Source: Candidatus Omnitrophota bacterium (GTDB lineage Bacteria > Omnitrophota > Gorgyraeia > Zapsychrales > Fredricksoniimonadaceae). From it: 64,000 bases of DNA. Each line of letters starts with the position of its first letter. The first letter of the stretch is position 1. Position numbers and translations under genes: made by a program. Of this stretch, positions 58,233 to 64,000 are shown piece by piece. Location of the stretch: assembly GCA_903944345.1 (NCBI GenBank), contig CAJARJ010000018.1, positions 45,933 to 109,932 on the forward strand, given 5' to 3'. The notes under the pieces were generated by a model, which saw nothing but the letters and a program-made list of their open reading frames with translations, was not told where the DNA came from and did no database searches.

Positions 58233-60776
58233 ATGAAAAAACAGCTTCAACAAAGATCGTTCTCTTTCCGGATGCTCTGCGGCTGGCTCAGCCTGAATCT
58301 TGTTATCGCCGCGATCATCCCGTCCAATGCTTTTGCACAAGGGGCATACTTACCCGCTCCCGGATCCATGCTCCTGACCAGCCCGGCGTTCACCCCCGTT
58401 ATCATGCAGGGCATAAAAGTCCATGAACAAAACCCCCTTTTATTAGATTTCATAATCGATAACGGACAGACGAAGTTCCAGGCCGACAGTGCTGATTTCA
58501 GGTCTGAAGCCCAGAAAATAATCAAATATTTCCTGGCCGCGCTAACGATCAAAGAAGAAGACCTGTGGGTAAATCTGTCTCCCTACGAAAAAGACCGGAT
58601 GATTCCTGCGGAATTAGGCAAGACCGATCTGGGCCGGGACATGCTGGCGCAGGACTATGTGCTTAAGCAATTAACCGCTTCCCTTATTTATCCCGAGAAA
58701 GATCTCGGAAGAAAATTCTGGAACAAAGTGTACGCCCGGGCACAGGAACAATTCGGCACAACAGATATCCCGATAGATACTTTCAATAAAATCTGGATCG
58801 TGGCAGAGAAAGCCAAAGTCCTTGAGCGCAACAATACAGCATATATTGCAGGTGCCCGTCTGAAAGTGATGCTGGAACAAGACTATGTCGCCGAGCAGCA
58901 CAGGCACGATGCCACACCTTCCGATACCGCCCTCGAACCATCCGGCACTCCCGCCAGCAGGATCATGTCTGCGTCCACCCCGGATGAAACCGGCGCGTTT
59001 GAATTGGCCCGGGACATCATCCGTGAAATTATTGTTCCCGAAATCGAAAAAGAAGTCAACGAAGGCAAAAACTTCGCCCCCCTGCGCCAGATATTCTATT
59101 CCATGATCCTGGCAACCTGGTACAAGCTGGCACTAAAAGACGCTTTGTTAAATCAGGTTTACAGCAACCAGGGAAAGACCAGCGGCGTATCGTCAAATGA
59201 TCCAGGGGCAACAGAAAAAATTTACAACCAGTATCTGGAAGCCTTCAAAAAAGGCGTTTTCAACTATATAAAGGTTGAATCCGAAGGGGACGATAAAAAC
59301 CCTTTACCCAGGAAATACTTTTCAGGCGGCGAAGATTGGGCAATGCTGCCGCGCATCCTTGAACGAATCGAAACCGAACGCTTCTTTGGTGCAGACGACT
59401 TGAGAAGCTCCGCAGGAAGAAGCCTGGCCCTGGTCAAGACACAAGTCGCACCGCGACATGCCTATCTTGAACCAATGCCCCCAGAAAAATACACCCTTTC
59501 AGCAACAATAAATCCGATGCGGCCGGCTTACACTGGCAAAATGCTGCAAACCAACCATTCTCCGACAAACGAAAAACTCCCAAGGAACACAATAGTAATC
59601 GGCACCGGACGATCCACCAGCTACCGCCCCAGTCAATTTACCGAACAAATCTTCATTAATACCGAAGATTCAAAAAAAACGCCCGCAGCTCTTCTATACA
59701 AAAGCGCAGACGATTTCACATTGAGCACTACGGGTGCCAATGTCATTGTTATGGCTGACGCAATGCTGGGAAGACCCGATGAAGGCCCCATTCTGTTAGG
59801 CCTGCCTGTTATCGTTGCCACCACACTCACAGAAACCCTGGATCCACAACAACTTGCAGCCTTTATTCGTCAGACCAGCGACGCGAACGACGCTTTCGTT
59901 GCTTCGACCGGATCCCTGCTCACCCGATATGAATCCTTGCTGGCCTCTTATGCGGACAAATTAATGCCCGAGCATATTCACCAGCTGGCGGATTCATTGC
60001 GCCTATCTCCCGCCTTTCTGGAATCAGCAGATACTGTCAAAAAATCTCTCGGCCTTCAGTCTCTCGAGGTAGAAATTGAAGCCGGCCCCATTCTTGGAGA
60101 CATTATCGACGCATTTCTGAAAAGATCCATTATAGTCCAAACGTTAAAAAACCATAAAATCCATATCACTGCGGTCAAGGCTGCTCGCGCCGAACGCAAG
60201 GATCCTTCCCTGAAAATTCCACTGCCCACGGATGGAATTGTCAATCTCATGTTTAGCTATCGTACCAAGACCAATCTCTCTACTGATGCCAATGAACCAA
60301 TAATCCCGAGAAACATTGATTTTTCTCTTCTTGTATACCCCTCAACCAACGACATCCAACTCCCGATATACGACAAAAATATATCTATCCAATTCGAAGG
60401 ATCCCGGTTTAGTCTTTTCTATAACTATGATTCACTCATTCATTACCCCATTACGCTTGTAACCGGTGAATTGATCAACGGCACTCTCAAATTGTTCCAT
60501 CCCTCACAGGATCCTGATTCCCCTGTCGATATCCTGGTACAATATACTCCTCCGCGAACCAATCCTCCGGTTGTCCACACATCGGCCTCGACAGAGCCTG
60601 CAACCGGTGGTATCGATCTGGACGCACGGAATATGTCTCTGGATATATCCAAGGACGGTAACGGAACAGCCCTACAGATCGACCCGGCCATGCTTGCCGA
60701 ATTCCAGAAAGACAGTTTTACCGGCGTGGAGGGAATCATCCTGGAAATAACTCCGCTGTTAATTAGTGCCGATTAG
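58233..60776 (+). CDS. Large secreted protein, paralog A (shared N- and C-terminal domains of unknown function)
   Basis: Signal peptide MKKQLQQRSFSFRMLCGWLSLNLVIAAIIPSNAFA (start refined from 58146). The N-terminal about 330 aa are about 70% identical to the N-terminus of the convergent gene 60759..63926. The C-terminal GGIDLDA...ITPL tail is also shared. Confidence 0.55.
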   Translation: MKKQLQQRSFSFRMLCGWLSLNLVIAAIIPSNAFAQGAYLPAPGSMLLTSPAFTPVIMQGIKVHEQNPLLLDFIIDNGQTKFQADSADFRSEAQKIIKYFLAALTIKEEDLWVNLSPYEKDRMIPAELGKTDLGRDMLAQDYVLKQLTASLIYPEKDLGRKFWNKVYARAQEQFGTTDIPIDTFNKIWIVAEKAKVLERNNTAYIAGARLKVMLEQDYVAEQHRHDATPSDTALEPSGTPASRIMSASTPDETGAFELARDIIREIIVPEIEKEVNEGKNFAPLRQIFYSMILATWYKLALKDALLNQVYSNQGKTSGVSSNDPGATEKIYNQYLEAFKKGVFNYIKVESEGDDKNPLPRKYFSGGEDWAMLPRILERIETERFFGADDLRSSAGRSLALVKTQVAPRHAYLEPMPPEKYTLSATINPMRPAYTGKMLQTNHSPTNEKLPRNTIVIGTGRSTSYRPSQFTEQIFINTEDSKKTPAALLYKSADDFTLSTTGANVIVMADAMLGRPDEGPILLGLPVIVATTLTETLDPQQLAAFIRQTSDANDAFVASTGSLLTRYESLLASYADKLMPEHIHQLADSLRLSPAFLESADTVKKSLGLQSLEVEIEAGPILGDIIDAFLKRSIIVQTLKNHKIHITAVKAARAERKDPSLKIPLPTDGIVNLMFSYRTKTNLSTDANEPIIPRNIDFSLLVYPSTNDIQLPIYDKNISIQFEGSRFSLFYNYDSLIHYPITLVTGELINGTLKLFHPSQDPDSPVDILVQYTPPRTNPPVVHTSASTEPATGGIDLDARNMSLDISKDGNGTALQIDPAMLAEFQKDSFTGVEGIILEITPLLISAD

Positions 60777-63700
60777 GGGTGTTATTCGGAGAATAACCGG
60801 TGAAATGCCGCTGAAATTACCACTCTGTAACCGCTCCAACACCTGCTCATCAAAAGCAAACATTGCTGCATCTCCGGAAGCCGTCAACGCTCCGGAAGCA
60901 TCCAGATCGATACCACCAACATCCTGATTGGGCGCACGTTCGCTGCTGTCTGCTCCACTGTCGGCATCCTGCAAACTTTGCTCAAGTCCCAACGAGCGAA
61001 TATCCTTTATGACTGCGTCGATAGATACCGGCGCTCCAATCATCCCGCTGACCGCCCGCGCAATTGAAGGCAGATCCCCCCCATGCAAGCGGATCATCTG
61101 CGAATACATAACCCTGAAAATATTCTTGATCGCAGACAAATCAAACGCTTCACGCCAGCTCAACTGCGGATGGACTTTTTTCTCGGCAGCCACGGCCTCG
61201 GCCGCTCTTTGCAAGGATGCCTGACGCATGGCAGTTGTTTCCTCAACCGTCAAAAGATGATCGCCGTTGGTCTGATCTGTCTCATAAGATGAGACCGTTA
61301 CTCCACCGGCATTGGCCAGAGTGTCCGGAATGACATTAATCCCCTTCTGCTCAAGAATCCTTTCAGCCTCTTCCGTGATCGGCCCGTTAGCCCCCTCAAA
61401 GACCCATGGAGCAACAACAAGCTCTGCCTCCCGTGCCGTAATCGCTTCCTGAATAGCTGCAGGAACAAGAATGTCAACCCTGGCTCCGAAAACAGCATCC
61501 GCCACAGCCTGGGGACTATCCAGAGCAGCTGTCACCCCCTGTAAAAAAATCCGCCCCTGAGTCCAGGCATCACGCAACGTTCCAGCCTCCCTGATCGCCA
61601 CCAGAATATCCTGAAGCTCATTCTCGGTCCAGACACCGTCACCTTCTTTCACCAGCGTGATCCCCAAATCATTGATCACTTTAAGGCTTGCTCCTTCTTT
61701 GACCAGCCTCAAAGCAGTAAAGTAGCCGACATTCCCGAAGCCATTGACGGCTGCGGTCTTGCCTTGAAGATCTCCGATAAAGAATTTGATCACATCCACA
61801 ACACCAAATCCTGTAGCTTCGGCACGTCCGGCCACGCCGTAAACATCCGGATCCTTTCCGGTAAAAACACCCAACCAGGGAACCGGAATACTATTGTCGC
61901 GCCAAAACCTGTAGGCAACATCCAGATACGCAGTTCTGGTCGGGTCGGAATCCTCCTCGATGGATCCCAGCGCTTGATACAGATCCACATTGTATTCACG
62001 AATAATATTTGTCTCTCTTGTCAGATAGCGCAAATATTCATCCTCGTACCAACCAAGAATCTGCGAATCCGTTCTCATATCCGGAGCAGGAATATCTTTA
62101 TCGGGACCGATTGTCCCTGAACGGGCTAAAGCCCAGGCATGCGCCCTTGCGATCCTTGCCTTGTTGGCCAGCGGAAATTTCTTCCAGTCAACCTTGCCAT
62201 CCGCCCCCGCTTCATAATCCTCCAGCGTCCAGACTCTACGTCCACTGGAGTTCAGCTTTCTGGTGATCTTGCCGATAAAAATACCCCCTTTCCCGCCGCC
62301 CAGCGCCAAGCGACTGCCGGAAACTTTCAGCGTCATCCCCAGAGACAAAGCCAGAACATCTCCCTCAATCCATTTCCCTACAAAACTCCGCACTTCTTCT
62401 TCCGAAGGCTCCAGAGCAACAAACTTCTCCCACTGATCAACAAAATCCGTATCATTCATAAGATCGCTTGCAAGAACCCAACGAATGCCTCCCTTGGCCG
62501 GCCCCAGAATTGTGTTGTTTCTCACTCGCTCGAAATAGATATCAGCCTCCTGCTTCTCCCCGGACGGAGAAATCTGCGGAATCGTTGCCCATGACTTTGT
62601 TACTGTCCGTGGCTTAAGCAAAGACAGTACCAGTTGCGGATTAAGCTCCTCTTTAAAACGGTCAGATATCCCCCGAACGCGATTGCGCATTTTGGTCCAG
62701 TAAGGATTCTCCAGACGCTTAACAGCCTTCCCTGCAGATGTTAACGTAGCCGCCTCATCCTCCATTCTTCCCGAGACCGTGACCACCAGCGTCTTGCCGA
62801 CAGCATCCTTTACATCAGTCCGGGCCGCATTATCGACCGTTTCGGGAACCGGATTATCCCCGCCCGAAAAATATTTACGGGGAATCACCTCACCCATCGG
62901 GTTTATATCGTCCTTGATAAAATTAAAAACCCCCTGTCTGTAAGCGTCTACATATTTATTCCAGATTGCTTCCGGAGCTAAATCCACGCCGCTATCTTTG
63001 ACCCAGGCCCCTTCCAGTCCTCCGGTTCTGGCACGGTCGGCATAAGCCCGGGTCAACAGCGATTGACGAAGATTACGCTTGTACCAGGTTGCCAGAATAA
63101 CCGCCTGATGGATCTGACGAAGCCCGGCAAAATTCCTACCTTCGTTCACGTCTTTCTCGATCTCGGGAATAATAATATCCCTGAGCACCTGTTGGGATAT
63201 ATCGGGTGATGAGCTTTCTTGCAAAGTCAATACCCCCGCCGCACCACTGGCATATTGAGCTGCCAGATAATCTGTTTCCAGCATGACCTTAAGATGCATG
63301 TCCGTAATCAGGGCTGTCATCCGATTCCCATCCTGAGGATTCCTGTGGGCATATACAGCCGCGCGATCAGTTACAATCCAGACCTTATTCAACGTATCGA
63401 CAGGAATTTCTGTCGTGCCAAACTCGTTCTGCGCACGCTCGTACACTCTGTCCCAGAACGCTTTGCCCAGTGACTTCTCCGGAGTAATCATGGATGCAGT
63501 AAGCTGTTTAAGCACATAGTCCTGGGCCAGAAGATCGCGCCCCAGCTCGGTTCTTCCCATCTCTTCGGACAGCATCCGGTCTTTTTCATAAGGAGAAAGA
63601 TTGACCCACTGATTCTTTTCCGGAGTCGTCAGCGAAGCCAGAAAGTACCTGACCAATCTTTCGGATTCCCCGGCTATTTCTTTATCATCAGCGCTACCGG

Positions 63701-63926
63701 GCAAAAGACCGGTATGACCGGTATCTACAATAAAATCAAACAAAAGGGGGTTATCGGCATAAACAGCGACCCCCTGCAGACTCACCGGAACAAACGCCGC
63801 ACTGGGCTCGACCATTGCTCCCGGCTCCGGCAAAATCAGGTTTTGAGCCAGGACCGCATCAGGGCCAAGAACCGTGCTCAACAAAAACGCCACCAAAACA
63901 ATGACTGCATTAACCCGCTTCAACAT
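60759..63926 (-). CDS. Large secreted protein, paralog B, with an embedded Glu/Leu/Phe/Val-dehydrogenase (GDH-like) domain
   Basis: Signal peptide MLKRVNAVIVLVAFLLSTVLGPDAVLA. aa about 470-880 carry GDH motifs: GPAKGGIR, LALGGGKGG (catalytic Lys), DIPAPDMRTD, AEATGFGVV, NGFGNVGYF (Rossmann), VIPDTLANAGGVTVSSYE. N- and C-terminal domains are shared with paralog A. Confidence 0.65.
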   Translation of the reverse strand: MLKRVNAVIVLVAFLLSTVLGPDAVLAQNLILPEPGAMVEPSAAFVPVSLQGVAVYADNPLLFDFIVDTGHTGLLPGSADDKEIAGESERLVRYFLASLTTPEKNQWVNLSPYEKDRMLSEEMGRTELGRDLLAQDYVLKQLTASMITPEKSLGKAFWDRVYERAQNEFGTTEIPVDTLNKVWIVTDRAAVYAHRNPQDGNRMTALITDMHLKVMLETDYLAAQYASGAAGVLTLQESSSPDISQQVLRDIIIPEIEKDVNEGRNFAGLRQIHQAVILATWYKRNLRQSLLTRAYADRARTGGLEGAWVKDSGVDLAPEAIWNKYVDAYRQGVFNFIKDDINPMGEVIPRKYFSGGDNPVPETVDNAARTDVKDAVGKTLVVTVSGRMEDEAATLTSAGKAVKRLENPYWTKMRNRVRGISDRFKEELNPQLVLSLLKPRTVTKSWATIPQISPSGEKQEADIYFERVRNNTILGPAKGGIRWVLASDLMNDTDFVDQWEKFVALEPSEEEVRSFVGKWIEGDVLALSLGMTLKVSGSRLALGGGKGGIFIGKITRKLNSSGRRVWTLEDYEAGADGKVDWKKFPLANKARIARAHAWALARSGTIGPDKDIPAPDMRTDSQILGWYEDEYLRYLTRETNIIREYNVDLYQALGSIEEDSDPTRTAYLDVAYRFWRDNSIPVPWLGVFTGKDPDVYGVAGRAEATGFGVVDVIKFFIGDLQGKTAAVNGFGNVGYFTALRLVKEGASLKVINDLGITLVKEGDGVWTENELQDILVAIREAGTLRDAWTQGRIFLQGVTAALDSPQAVADAVFGARVDILVPAAIQEAITAREAELVVAPWVFEGANGPITEEAERILEQKGINVIPDTLANAGGVTVSSYETDQTNGDHLLTVEETTAMRQASLQRAAEAVAAEKKVHPQLSWREAFDLSAIKNIFRVMYSQMIRLHGGDLPSIARAVSGMIGAPVSIDAVIKDIRSLGLEQSLQDADSGADSSERAPNQDVGGIDLDASGALTASGDAAMFAFDEQVLERLQSGNFSGISPVILRITPLIGTN

Positions 63927-64000
63927 ACATCCCCCCCTCTATTATGAAAACCCCGCATCTCGATGGCAAAAGATGTCATTCCGAAACAAAAAAAAGAGGC

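Overview
This is about 64 kb of a GC-rich (~55%) chromosome from what looks like an anaerobic, Desulfobacterota/deltaproteobacterium-like bacterium (inferred from gene content only). Most genes are on the minus strand in long co-directional runs. I did not recognise any rRNA, tRNA, CRISPR array, transposase or integrase. The recognisable content, in order:
- groES-groEL with a textbook CIRCE operator, and a partial IMPDH-family gene at the 5' edge.
- A periplasmic redox/folding set (TlpA-like redoxin, CcdA, FKBP PPIase), GT39-like and GT4 glycosyltransferases, MntP, a cold-shock protein, and an OmpR-type two-component pair.
- A class III ribonucleotide reductase operon (radical SAM - nrdD - nrdG) preceded by a tandem pair of NrdR boxes; then photolyase, CorA, MsrB.
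- A complete [FeFe]-hydrogenase locus: maturases hydE/hydG/hydF, a TM1266-like regulator, an aspartase-like lyase, and a tetrameric HndABCD-type hydrogenase with a clean terminator.
- An FMN-binding polyferredoxin membrane protein and a stand-alone AmmeMemoRadiSam-type radical SAM enzyme.
- An unusual polyamine-related cluster: three paralogous membrane-fused spermidine-synthase-like proteins, a TM-only paralog, S-adenosylmethionine decarboxylase (speH), a 582-aa protein carrying an HPr-kinase-like P-loop domain, and a YkgJ Cys-cluster protein.
- An O-antigen-ligase/TPR protein, an MnmC-like methyltransferase, a frameshifted DUF748/AsmA-like gene, a secreted Gly/Trp/Gln repeat protein, an MBOAT/DltD-like pair, and amtB-glnK with a P-II lacking the Tyr51 modification site.
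- At the 3' end, two convergent giant secreted paralogs that share N- and C-terminal domains; one embeds an apparently intact glutamate-dehydrogenase domain.
The speH/aminopropyltransferase-like/HprK-like membrane operon and the secreted GDH-domain paralog pair are the best candidates for undescribed biology.
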